Positions 24,601-36,132 of a stretch of DNA of 64,000 nt are shown here, one piece after another. The first letter of the stretch is position 1; every line of letters begins with the position of its first letter. A program made the translations under genes and the position numbers. This DNA comes from Octopus sinensis (lineage: Eukaryota), in the NCBI RefSeq assembly GCF_006345805.1, contig NC_043010.1:66154001-66218000 (forward strand). The letters are read 5' to 3'. The notes under the pieces were generated by a model. It was not told where the DNA came from and searched no databases. It saw only the letters and a list, made by a program, of their open reading frames with translations.

Positions 24601-25245
24601 ACATCATCATCATCATCATCGTTTAACGTCCGTTCTCCATGCGAGCATGGGTTGGACGGTTCGACCGGGGTTCTGGGAGCCAGAAGGCTGCACCAGGCTC
24701 CAGTCTAATCTGGCAATGTTTCTACAGCTGGATGCCCTTCCTAACGCCAACCACTCCGTGAGTGTAGTGGGTGCTTTTTACGTGCCACCTGCACAGGTGC
24801 CAGGCGAGGCTGGCAACGGCCACAGTCAGATTGGTGTATTTTATGTGCCACTGGCACGGAAGCCAGTCGAGGCGGTGCTGGCATCGGCCACGAGTCGGAT
24901 AGTGCTTTTTACGTACCACCAGACCAGGGATCCTGGCTGGTTCAATTCGATTGAATTTAGTAAAATGCCAGTGCTGCTGGACTGGCTCCTGTGCAGGTGG
25001 CACGTAAAAAACACCATTCGAGCATGACCGTTGCCAGTACCGCCTGACTGGCCCTCGTGCTGGTGGCACATAAAAGCACCTACTACACTCTCGGAGTGGT
25101 TGGCATTGAAAAGGGCATCCAGCTGTAGAAACTCTGCCAGATCAAGATTGGAGCCTGGTGCAGCCATCTGGTTCGCCAGTCCTCAGTCAAATTGTCCAAC
25201 CTATGCTAGCATGGAAAGCAGACGTTAAATGATGATGATGATGAT
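24601..25245. mobile_element. Head-to-head pair of family-C copies inserted into a TTAA-type MITE (24533-25391)
   Basis: (cat)n at left and (gat)n at right; the MITE halves match the intact copy at 21710-21921. Confidence 0.85.
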
Positions 25246-25579
25246 GAACTTGGTTATGATTAAGCTAGTGTTAGGAACATAAATTGTGACTAAGGTTTGT
25301 TGGAAGATTTTAATTCAAAACTTATGTAAACAAGACATTTGTATTACAAAGCCAGAGCTGGTTTCAGTCAGGTTGGTATTGAAATGGTTAAAGAGAAGGA
25401 AGGATACACTGCATTATGTAGTCCTAGGTAACCTGAGGTGCTGTGCAGTGGGATTGAACTTGAAACTGCATAGTTTCAAAGTGAACTTCTTGATCACACA
25501 GCCATGTCTGTACTTGACGTAGTTTTTCAGTGAAGGGCAGCTTGTTGAGCAACACTGAAAATAAAAACATAACTCTTAC

Positions 25580-25839
25580 CTGGCAACTGTGTTTTCAGGT
25601 GGAAGTGCCTGAGGCAGTTCTTTAGCCAAAACTTCAGCCCCTTCTCTTTCTTGATCTTCCTCCATCTCTTCTTCGACCTGAGGGACCACCACATAGTCTG
25701 GGTTTCGCTTCAAGATACAAACGGACAGGCACAGCTCCTCGAGCCGTGATAGCACCACTTCCTCCTTTGACTGGGATATAATCACACGCAGCAACGACAG
25801 AACTAAACACTGCCAACGCTGCAGACCGGTGACACTCGA
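25580..25839 (-). CDS. HTT: HTT exon 25 in window (260 nt, phase 0 to 2)
   Basis: SSVTGLQRWQCLVLSLLRVIISQSKEEVVLSRLEEL...LPPENTVA(R); tttgcag / gtaaga. Confidence 0.95.
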
Positions 25840-25943
25840 CTGCAAAGGTAACACTTAATTATGTGAATATGTGTACAGGGACACAAAAAATGAAAAGAAT
25901 AAATAGCAGCTGGTAATCAATGTATAAAGTAAGATACAAAGTA

Positions 25944-26112
25944 GGCGCAGGAGTGGCTGTGTGGTAAGTAGCTTGCTAACCAACCACATGGCTCCGGGTT
26001 CAGTCCCACTGCGTGGCATCTTGGGCAAGTGTCTTCTGCTATAGCCCCGGGCCGACCAATGCCTTGTGAGTGGATTTGGTAGACGGAAACTGAAAGAAGC
26101 CTGTCGTATATG

Positions 26113-26147
<35 letters not shown>

Positions 26148-26352
26148 TTGTCCCCCTAGCATTGCTTGACAACCGATGCTGGTGTGTTTACGTCCCCGTC
26201 ACTTAGCGGTTCGGCAAAAGAGACCGATAGGATAAGTACTGGGCTTACAAAGAATAAGTCCCGGGGTCGATTTGCTCGACTAAAGGCGGTGCTTCAGCAT
26301 GGCCGCAGTCAAATGACTGAAACAAGTAAAAGAGTAAAAGAGAGTAAAGAGT
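25944..26352 (+). mobile_element. SINE family A full copy
   Basis: Nearly identical to 4088-4479. Confidence 0.85.
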
Positions 26353-26756
26353 AGTCTGACTAAAATAGTTTGATTCAAATTCAAACTGCATGACACCTTG
26401 GGCAAGTGTCTTCTACTATAGGCTCAGGCTGACCAAAGCCTTGTGAGTGGATCTGGTAGATGGAAACTGAAAGCCCATCTTTGTGTCTGTGTTTGCCCCC
26501 CCCCCTCCACCATTGCTTGACAACTAATGTTGGTGTGTTTGCATCCCCATAACTTAGCGGTTCAGCAAAAGTGACCAATAGAATAAGTAACAGGCTTACA
26601 AAGAATAAGTCCTGGGTTCAATTTCTTCAACTAAAGGCAATGCTCCAGCATGGCCACAGTCAAATGAATAAAACAAGCAGAATAAATATATATATATATA
26701 TATAAACTTAACTTATATATATATACATATATATATATATAGAGAGAGAGAGAGAA

Positions 26757-27055
26757 GGCACAATGGCCCAGTGGTTAGGGTAGCGGACTCGCGGTCAGAG
26801 GATCACGGTTTCGATTCCCAGACCGAGCATTGTGTGTGTTTATTGAGCGAAAACACCTAAAGCACCACGAGGCTCCAGCAGGAAGGGGGTGGACACCTGT
26901 TGTACACTTTTGCTCCAACTTTCTTTCAGTCTTTCTTCCTGTTTCTTGAGTAACACTGCGATGGACTGACGTCCGGTCCAGCTGGGGGGAACACACATGC
27001 CACAGAAACCAGGAAACCGGGCCCATGAGCCTGGCTAGGCTTGAAAAGGGCACAT
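26757..27055 (+). mobile_element. tRNA-headed SINE, a further family; same head but different tail at 58510-58800(-)
   Basis: A box tggcccagtgg, B-box-like ggtttcgattcc, core ttgagcgaaaacacctaaa. Confidence 0.75.
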
Positions 27056-27518
27056 AAATAAATAAATAAATATATATATATATATATTTACAAAAGAAGA
27101 AAATGGAGGAATAGATTTCTTTCAATCATCAACTTCCAGATAATACCAATTCATATAATTTATTAACTAATTATTTATATTAAATAGGAACATCCAAATC
27201 CAACAGAATAATACAGAATAAAACAATATACATCAATAAGTAAGATAATACCATAAGGATAATATATATAAAATGGATCTTACAGCTGTTTCAGCCCGTA
27301 GATAAGAGTATCTCATTATGCCCATATTAGTCAGATGTATTGAGGTAATATATATTAGAGAGAGATTATAGAAAAATAAAGGAACTACTAGGATCTATAT
27401 GATAGATTGAAAAAAAAAAACAGAAAAAGACACTTGAAAGCAGAACCCTGCAATGTCTGCAGTTCAATGAGTGAAACCAGTGAAAAATAATAAAAGAATC
27501 TATAGAATGTATACTCAC

Positions 27519-27641
27519 TACATCTGCTGGTTTAGCCACTAAGGTTTTCAGCAGAATATCGACAGGCCGAAAAACACTTGGTGCCACTGATTCAAAGAGA
27601 TGGTGAAGAACATCCAATGCCTCCAAACTGTCTAGATTCAC
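27519..27641 (-). CDS. HTT: HTT exon 24 in window (123 nt, phase 0 to 0)
   Basis: VNLDSLEALDVLHHLFESVAPSVFRPVDILLKTLVAKPADV; atttcag / gtgagt. Confidence 0.95.
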
Positions 27642-27719
27642 CTGAAATAGTTCAAATGTGAGTGGCAAAGGGAGAAAGTGAAAATATTGCTTATTTTTGT
27701 TGTTATAGCTATGCTCTGA

Positions 27720-28357
27720 GTTCTGAAATTTTGGGGGAGGAGGCTAGTTTATAACATCAACCCCAGTAAAACATTACTGGTACTTAATTTATCGACCCCC
27801 GAAAGGATGAAAGGCAAAGTTGACTGCGGTGAAATTTGAACTCAGAACATAGCGATAGGCGAAATACTGCTAAGCATTTCATCCAGCGTGCTAACAATTC
27901 TGCCAGCTCGCTGCCTTATGGTTTCAAATTTTGCCACAAGGGCAGCAATGTGGAGAGAAGGGAGATGAGTCGATTACATTGACCCCAGTGTACAACTGGT
28001 ACTTATTTTATTGATGCTGAAAGAATGAAAGGCAAAGTCGACCTCGGTGGAATTTGAACTCAGAACATAGTAACAGGCAAAATACTGCTAAGCATTTCGT
28101 CCAGCATGCTAACGACTCTGCTAGCTCACCACCTTACTTGATAATAACGATTTCAAATTTTTGCCACAGCGGCAGCACGGGGGAAGGGATTAAGTCGATT
28201 ACATCGACCCCCAGTGTTTCACTAGTACTTAATTTATTGACCCCCAAAAGGATGAAAAGCAAAGTCAACCTCGGCAGAATTTGAACTCAGAACGTAGTGA
28301 TGAGGTAAGCATTCCATCCAGCATGCTAACGATTCTGTCAGCTCACCACCTTACATG

Positions 28358-28360
<3 letters not shown>
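27720..28360 (-). mobile_element. Cluster of three tandem family-B copies (B2-type tail); similar clusters at 49975-50390 and 55530-55980
   Basis: ggatgaaaggcaaagt.gacctcggcggaatttgaactcagaac-like motif repeated. Confidence 0.8.
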
Positions 28361-28397
<37 letters not shown>

Positions 28398-28399
<2 letters not shown>

Positions 28400-28880
28400 T
28401 GTTCTGTCTTGGTATAAAAGATGGGCTACAGCAAATATTCTGCTCAATACCACAGATTTGCTTGTCAGTTGTTTGACCTTAACCAGTTGAGCATGTCCCT
28501 TAGTGGCTGACGATATGTGCATCTCTGATCACGAGCAGAAGTAGTGGGGGAGCATCATAGCCATGTGTTGAGAGGGATTCTTTGGGGTTTGAATAGTTCA
28601 CCTCTGGAAACATGGGTGGTTCTTTCAACATCCTTAAACAACCCTTATTCAGGGACCGTTTGAGCAGGATGGGCTACTCAAAATGAAGAAAATTCTAACT
28701 GGGCCCCACCTGCAAGGTCATGCACTGTTTATATTGATATGAGATCACCATGTCGCGCACATATGGTTGTGATGCATGTGCCTGGTGTACCCTAATCAAA
28801 CGGGTAGTCATGATGGGTATATTGGGCTTCATATATTTTATCCCAGTGTCACTTTGATGGCATGAACTGCTCTCTCACTC
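28398..28880 (+). repeat. Unclassified dispersed repeat D flanked by (aat)n; truncated copies at 56221-56563 and 61019-61368
   Basis: Three copies of high similarity; the left-truncated copy keeps the (aat)n end. Confidence 0.75.
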
Positions 28881-29780
28881 AATAATAATAATAATAGGGG
28901 GAGGAGTGGAGGGGGAGGAGGAGGATTTCTACTATAAGCACAAGACCTGAACTTTTGTACAGACAGTGCTAGTCAATTACATTGATCCCAATGCTCTACT
29001 GGCACTTATTTTATAAACCCCAGAAGGATGAAGGGCAAAACTGACCTCAGTTGAATTTGAACTCAGAACAGAGATGGACAATAATATCATCATCATCATC
29101 ATTTAATATCTGTTCTATGCTGGCATGGGTTGGACAATTTGAAATAATTTGCCCGGAACTGGTGAGGCCGGGAGTTGCACCAGGTGTCTGTTCTGGCATG
29201 GTTTCTATGGCTGGATGCCCTTCCTAATGCCAACCACTCCATAGACTGTACCGGGTGCTTTTTATGTGGCACCAACACCAGTGCTTTTAACGTAGCACCA
29301 ATAATAATAATAATTCTTTCCACTATAGGCACAAGGCCTGAAATTTTAGGGGAGCGGGGTAGTCAATTACAGTGTTTCACTGGTACCAAGAAGATGAAAG
29401 GCGAAGTTGACTTTGATGGAATTTGAACTCAGAACATAAAATATCACAAAGCATTTTTCCCAGTACGGCAACAATTCTGCCAGTTCACCACCTTAGCAAT
29501 AATAATAATGATGATGATGATGTGATGATGATGGTGGTGGTGACGACACCGCCGACGACAACAATAGGATGCTGAATGTGTCTCAGCGAGTGATTGTAAC
29601 AAACATTCAGATTAAAAATAAATAATAAAAATAATAATAATATATTCCTGATGTGCCTAAAAAGACACAACTAGGTTAACAAAAGAGAAAGAAGTTTCAA
29701 GAAAACAATAAAAGTATAAGAATGTTAATTTTGGCAGCAATGGTAAACTAGGAATCATGGAAGTGAATTTGTGCACTCAC

Positions 29781-29897
29781 TTGTTGCTTAGCCAAAGCAG
29801 GCAGAACCATATCAGTGACTTGTCTTGACAAGCGTTTCCATCTATCTTCATTTTCTTTCCTGCACTGTTGCAAAATGATGACAAACATCTCCAGCGC
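29781..29897 (-). CDS. HTT: HTT exon 23 in window (117 nt, phase 0 to 0)
   Basis: [39 protein letters not shown]; tctacag / gtgagt. Confidence 0.96.
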
Positions 29898-30045
29898 CTG
29901 TAGAAAATACGCAAAATAATGAAATGGAAATAAATATATATATATATACATAAAATTGAATAAGGGTAGAAATTGATATTAATCAATTAAAACCAGTGGC
30001 CTAGCATAATTAAAAAAATCCGAAGATTAAAATATTTTTACATAC

Positions 30046-30157
30046 AAAATTTAAAGGACTGACCACTAAAAGTGGATGGTCAACATGCTAGATATAGATA
30101 GCGATTTTGACATCTATATCTAGCATGTGACCGTCCACTTTAGTGGTCAGTCCTTTA

Positions 30158-30163
<6 letters not shown>
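30046..30163. repeat. Hairpin with about 52-bp arms and a short loop
   Basis: aaaatttaaaggactgaccac...agatataga / tctatatct...gtggtcagtcctttaaatttt. Confidence 0.9.
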
Positions 30164-30211
<48 letters not shown>

Positions 30212-30289
30212 ATAAATATTAGGGAATAAATCCAAATTTACAGGGAAAAAATCAGATTTAGGATTAAATCCAATTTTATAGTAAAATAT

Positions 30290-30577
30290 TATATAATATT
30301 AATTAGAGACAAAACCACTATTTTGCAAAACAAACAAGGAAAGACTTAATCAATACATAAAATTTTAATAAAAAGTAAAAAAAACCGCCACTACAATTGT
30401 TTCATGTCTAATGACAATCTTCAGGTGGATTTCCGATTTTCAAATCAGTTTCAATTTATGAAGATTGTCATTAGAAATGAAACAATTGTAGTGGCGTTTT
30501 TTTACTTTTTATTAAAATTTTATGTATTGATTAAGTCTTTCCTTGTTTGTTTTGCAAAATAGTGGTTTTGTCTCTAA

Positions 30578-30590
<13 letters not shown>
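30290..30590. repeat. Inverted repeat: about 133-bp arms (30290-30423, 30459-30590), 35-nt spacer
   Basis: Direct comparison of the arms; (TA)n at 30164-30210 and 30590-30609. Confidence 0.92.
30388..30428 (-). ncRNA. Minimal type I hammerhead ribozyme motif (HTT-sense strand)
   Basis: CCAC CUGAAGA u-UGUC-AUUA-GACA-u GAAAC AAUU GUA GUGG. Stem I CCAC/GUGG; palindromic stem III ACAAUUGU; predicted cut between 30392 and 30391. Confidence 0.7.
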
Positions 30591-30609
<19 letters not shown>

Positions 30610-30673
30610 GATGATGATGATGATGATGATGATGACATACTAGGGTTTCACCATTTCTCATGGGGTTACGTAC

Positions 30674-30810
30674 TTGATAGAAATTTATCAGCCGCAGTAA
30701 CATTGAAACAACAACTTCTCGCTGTGTTTCTAAGTCCTTGCCGCCATCACTTTTGTTGGTTCCTCGCAGAAGAAACAAATCATAGACTATAGGTTGTAGA
30801 GCTGGAATGG
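30674..30810 (-). CDS. HTT: HTT exon 22 in window (137 nt, phase 1 to 0)
   Basis: [45 protein letters not shown]; tccacag / gtacgt. Confidence 0.96.
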
Positions 30811-30966
30811 CTGTGGAAGAGAAACAAGGAAGTAAAATTGAAGTTGTTTTGACAACAACAATAAAACAATTAAAACAATTAAGATTAATAATTTTCAAGA
30901 GAAAACAGGATGATTCTTTTAATAATTAATTTGCAACTTAATTTTTTTGTACCAATAGAGCCTATG

Positions 30967-31025
<59 letters not shown>

Positions 31026-31037
31026 ATATATATATAT

Positions 31038-31424
31038 GGTGGTTGTCTACTCCTTATGCAGAGCTTGACCACTGCCTGCACCTACACCTTAGAACCATCA
31101 TGTCATCTGACGTGGCTTTTTAAACCAAACAATATTATGTAAAAGACACCCACATAGAATGCACATCCAAGTTGGACGACCAAGAGCTGCAGGTAAGTTC
31201 GGATCTTTGTGGATCTTAAAATGTCTTTCGAGGCTTCTGTTAGATTTGCAGGCCTTCTGGCATACATTGCAATGAAAGGTGTGCACAGACATATAAGCAG
31301 AATAGTTGGTGGAAGTTCGTTTTCCATGAGTTTGCAAATGAGATTTGAGCCCAGAAAAAGAAAGGCATGATCTGTCACAAACAGTGCACACGAAAAGGTC
31401 ATTGTGATTCACCTTCTTGATCAT
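31038..31424 (-). mobile_element. 5'-truncated LINE 3' end (probably RTE) encoding C2H2 zinc fingers
   Basis: CTVC-x12-H-x3-H, CNVC-x12-H-x3-H and a decayed third finger; short 3' UTR ending at (TA)n. Confidence 0.65.
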
Positions 31425-32379
31425 AACAAGCTATATACATATCAATGCTAGGCCCGCCTGACTGGCTCCTGTACTGGTGGCACATAAAAAGCTCTACTAC
31501 ACTCTCAGAGTGGTTGGCATTAGGAAGGGCATCCAGCTGTAGAAACACTGCCAGATCAGATTGGAGCTTAGTGCAGTCACTGGCTCTCCAGACCTCAGTC
31601 AAATCATCCAACCAATGCCAGCATGGAAAATGGACATTAAACGATGATGATGATACATATATAGCACCATCATCATTCAACATGTATTCCACACGGAAAT
31701 GGGTTGGACAGTTCGACAGACTCTCAACCTCTCAACCCTTTGCATAAGGGCACATCCATCTCTATTACATACTCCACTCATTTGAGTGGAGTATGTAATA
31801 GAGATGCAAGTTACTTGGTGGCCCCACTAGAACACTCCGGCATTTGAAGGGCAAGGGACCTCAGTGCAGTCCTCTGACCCTTCCTAATGTCAGAGCGTAG
31901 TGGGTTGTACTTTTATAGTATTAGTGATGCCACCAAGTAACTTGCAAGACAAGCCCTTTCGACTGAGTGGAGGATGTAGCAGAGAGGGATGTGGATTTCT
32001 GCAAGGGGTTGAAAGGGAGACAAGAGACAAGAATAGGCATGTTGCTGCAGAGGTGATACATGACTAAGCCCAGCTGGAAGGAGAGTTCCAATGCTATGGC
32101 TGCTGAAAAACTATGCAACTGTGCTAATGGAGACACCAAGGTGACATCACAACTTTGATTGTACAAATTAGAAGACTTAACCTATTAAAAGACTGAAGCA
32201 GGTCAGACTGTACATAACAGGAACCAGTCAATGGGATTCTTGGTCCACACAGTATTACGGTATGGTATCACAGTTTTGAGTTTAGTCCCACTACAGGTAC
32301 CTTGGGCAAGATCTTCTTCTGCTGTCACAGCAAAACAGTCAATGCTGTCACTGAATTTGGTAAACAAACTATTACGCCT

Positions 32380-32426
32380 GTTGTGTGTGTGTGTGTGTGT
32401 TTGTGTGTATATATATATATGTGTGT

Positions 32427-32466
<40 letters not shown>

Positions 32467-32585
32467 CGTGTGTGTGTGTGTATATATACGTGTGTGTGTG
32501 CATGCATGTGTGTGTTTATGTGTGTGTGTGCATGCATGTGTGTGTGTGTGCTTGCATGCATGCGTGTGTGTGTGTGTGTGTGTAA
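32380..32585. repeat. Compound (GT)n/(AT)n microsatellite
   Basis: Direct reading. Confidence 0.95.
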
Positions 32586-32851
32586 ATGTGCATAAATTCT
32601 GATTTTTGCATGTCGCTGTTTAAGTGTAAGTGAAGCAGTGCTGGTGTTAATATTCTTTGTGATATTACAGACCAGTCACCCTGCAGAATACAAAAGTCGT
32701 TTACCTGCAAAAAAACCAGGTGAGGGTTGGCAACAGGAAGAGCATCTGGCCTTAAAATCCTGCCTCAAAGTCAAATTCCCAACCAAACCATGCTAGCATG
32801 AAAAGACAGATATTAAATGAACAAACAGGCAAGACACTCTGCCACACTCAC

Positions 32852-33000
32852 CGTGTGTTGTAGGCTGTAAGCCACTTGCCATGATTCCATCACAGAGTTG
32901 TATTATTTTAGGAATACCAATGATTGGCTTGGTATGGAACTTTTCATATGAGAGCATCACCAGAAATTGGAAGATGTGGGGTACTAGACTTTCGGAATAT
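32852..33000 (-). CDS. HTT: HTT exon 21 in window (149 nt, phase 2 to 1)
   Basis: [49 protein letters not shown]; ccttcag / gtgagt. Confidence 0.96.
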
Positions 33001-33422
33001 CTGAAGGACAAAAAAATTGAAATAAAAAAAAAGCATTGTAATTATAAAGGAAGTGCGGACATAGCTGTGTGGTAAAGAAGTTTGCTTCCCAACCATATGG
33101 TTCTGGGTTCAGTCCCACTGCATGGCACTTTGAGCAAGTGTCTTCTATTATATGGCCTCAGACCAACAAAAGCCTTGTGAGTGGATTTGGTAGATGGAAA
33201 CTGAAAGAAGCCTGTCATATATGTATGTATCTATGTATCTCTTTTACTCTTTTACTTGTTTCAGTCATTTGACTGTGGCCTTGCTGGAGCACCGCCATTT
33301 AGTTTAGCAAATCAACCCCAGGACTTATTCATTGTAAGCCTAGTACTTATTCTATCAGTCTCTTTTGCCAAACTGCTAAGTTACAGGGACGTAAACACAC
33401 CAGCATCGGTTGTCAAACAATG

Positions 33423-33649
33423 GTGAGCTGGCAGAAACGTTAGCACGTCGGGCGAAATGCTTAGCAGGATTTCATCTGCCGCTACGTTCTGAGTTCAAAT
33501 TCCGCCGAGGCCGACTTTGCCTTTCATCCTTTCGGGGTCGATTAAATAAGTACCAGTTACGCACTGGGGTCGATATAATCGACTTGATCCGTTTGTCTGT
33601 CCTTGTTTGTCCTCTCTGTGTTTGGCCCCTTGTAGGTAGTAAAGAAATA
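33423..33649 (+). mobile_element. SINE family B inserted into a minus-strand family-A copy, 15-bp TSD
   Basis: TSD ggttgtcaaacaatg at 33408-33422 and 33650-33664. Confidence 0.88.
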
Positions 33650-33689
33650 GGTTGTCAAACAATGTTGGAGGACAAACACAGACACACAA

Positions 33690-33733
<44 letters not shown>

Positions 33734-34800
33734 ATATATACGACCGGCCTCTTTCAGTTTCCGTCTACCAAATCCACTCACAAGGCTTAGGTCAGCCCAA
33801 GGCTTTGGTCAGCCCAAGGCTATAGTAGAAGACACTTGCCCAAGGTGCCACACAGTGGGATTGAACCCGGGACCATGTTGTTGGTAAGCAAGCTACTTAC
33901 CACACAGCCACTCCTACGCCTATATATATGTATATATATATATATGTGTGTGTGTGTGTTTGTCTGTCTGTCTGTCCCCGCTACCACTTGAAAACCAGTG
34001 TAGGTGTGTTTATGTCCCTTAGCAGCTTAGCAAAAGAGACCAATAGAATAAGAATCAGGCTCAGTAAAATAGGTACTGGTGTTGATTCGTTCAACTAAAA
34101 TTCTTCAAAGTGGTGCCCCAGCATGGCCACATTCTAATGACTGAAATGAATAAAAGTAAAAATAAAAACAATATCAACAAATCAGAAGCAAACCCCAATT
34201 TTGCTGTCTGTAGTTGTCTTAGACCAGGTCAGCCCTGATCAGATGTGTTCCAACCATGACCATCCGGTCTTTTATTCAGTCATGGTGTATCTAAGGCAAC
34301 TTCATCCAATAAGTTGTTCTGTCTTTCGAAACTAAAACCTTAAATTGAAATTCTTATTTATGACGATAACATTGGTTTCAAATTTTGGCACAAGGCCAGA
34401 AAGTTCAGGGGGTGGGGGTTTAAGTCAATTGCATCAACCCTAATATTCAACTGGTACTTATTTTGTTGACCCCCAACCCCTGAAAGGATGAAAGGCAAAA
34501 TCAACCTCAGCAGAATTTGAACTCAGAACGTAAAGATGGCATTTACGCCAGTAATATCAAACCATCTCTAAGGCAGCGAGCTAGCAGAGATGTTAGTACG
34601 CCAGGCAAAATGCTTAGCGGTATTTCATCTGTCTTTACATTCTGAGTTCAAATTCCACCAAGGTCGACTTTGCCTTTCATCCTTTTGGGGATCAATAAAT
34701 TAAGTACCAGCTGTGTACTGGGGTTGATCTAATTGACTGGCCCCCTCTCCAAAAATTTCGGGCCTTGTGCCTAAAGTAGAAAAGAATATCAAACTCTTAC

Positions 34801-34856
34801 CTTATCTGCCCTTCTTCGATGTATTCAAATTGTTTTATGACAAAACCAATGAAAAT
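34801..34856 (-). CDS. HTT: HTT exon 20 in window (56 nt, phase 0 to 2)
   Basis: IFIGFVIKQFEYIEEGQI(R); cttacag / gtaaga. Confidence 0.95.
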
Positions 34857-35585
34857 CTGTAAGTAAAAAATTGCATCATTTTAACCATAATACAATCATC
34901 ATCATCATCATCGTTTAACGTCCGTTTTCCGCGCTAGCACGAGTTGGACAGTTCGACCGGGGTCTGGGAAGCCAGGGGCTGCACCAGGCTCCAGTCTGAT
35001 CTGGCAGAGTTTCTACAGCTGGATGCCCTTCCTAACGCCAACCACTCCGCGAGTGTAGTAGGTGCTTTTTACGTGCCACCTGCACTGGTGCCAGGGGGGT
35101 CCGGCATCGGCCACGATCGGTTGGAGCTTTTAACGTGCCACCGGCATGGAAGCCAGCCAAGGCGGTGCTGGCAACGGCCACGTTCGGATGGTGCTTTTTA
35201 TGTGCCACCGGCACAGGAGCCAGTCGGGTCGGCGCTGGCATCGGCCACGTTCGAATACACATATATAAATATATACACACACACACACACATATACATAC
35301 ATACAGTAGAACCTTGTAGTATGAGTGCACCATTGTATGAGTAATTTGCTCTACGAGCAGAGACTCATACAATTTGTCTTGAAGTACGAGCGGAAATCCA
35401 GAGTACGAGCACACAAATCGTCCCATTTTTAAAGGTAATTCAGTTAATAAAACCAGTTTACATATTTCTTTTTGCATTCTCTTATTTTTTATAATTGTCA
35501 TTTTACTTGTAACTACACCTTTTCTGTTTTAAAACCCATGAAAAATTATTTTTGTGTGGTTGGGGGGGGGCATGAACGGATTAAT

Positions 35586-35950
35586 GAGGAGGAGGAATTG
35601 ACGAAGGAAGGAGAAAGGCTGCAGGAAGAAGGGGAAGGGGAGGAGAGAGGAGGAGGATTGAGAGCAGAAAGAGGAGGAGGAGGATGATGGAAGGAGGGGA
35701 AAGGAGAGGACGAAGGGGGGAGGAAGGAGGAGGTGGAAGAGGAGGAGGAGGAGGATGGAAGGAAGGGGAAGGAGAAGATGAAGGGGGAAGGAGGCGGTGG
35801 AAGAGGAAGGGGTGGAAGAGGAGGAGGAGGAGGAGGAGGAGGAGGATGGAAGGAGGGGGAAGGAGAGGACGAAGGGGGGAAGGATGGGGTGGAAGAGGAG
35901 GTGAAAGAGGAGGAGGGGGATGGGGGGGAGGAGGAGGAGGAGGAGGAGAG
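35586..35950 (+). repeat. Purine-rich (GGA/GAA)n low-complexity tract
   Basis: Almost entirely G and A, with internal ~115-bp duplication. Confidence 0.9.
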
Positions 35951-35970
35951 AAAAGATCTTATGATGTTAC

Positions 35971-36132
35971 CTGATCAGAATCCAAAAGACAGTAATTGAC
36001 CCTCAACTGTACCAACTGGGACAACAAACCCAGCACTTCAGTCTGCAGTGGCAGAGAGCTGGTCACAGTGTACTGCTTAAGAGCCTTGATGACCAGCGGC
36101 TCAAACAATCGGATGTACCATGCAATTGAAGA
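35971..36132 (-). CDS. HTT: HTT exon 19 in window (162 nt, phase 0 to 0)
   Basis: [54 protein letters not shown]; ctcaag / gtaaca. Confidence 0.96.

Noticed and set aside
27285-27345. GAAAC-AGCU-GUA on the minus strand
   Set aside because: Stem III is palindromic, but the core reads CUGACUA and stems I and II do not pair; not counted as a ribozyme.
35472-35999. Gly/Glu/Arg-rich ORFs
   Set aside because: Translations of the GA-rich low-complexity tract.
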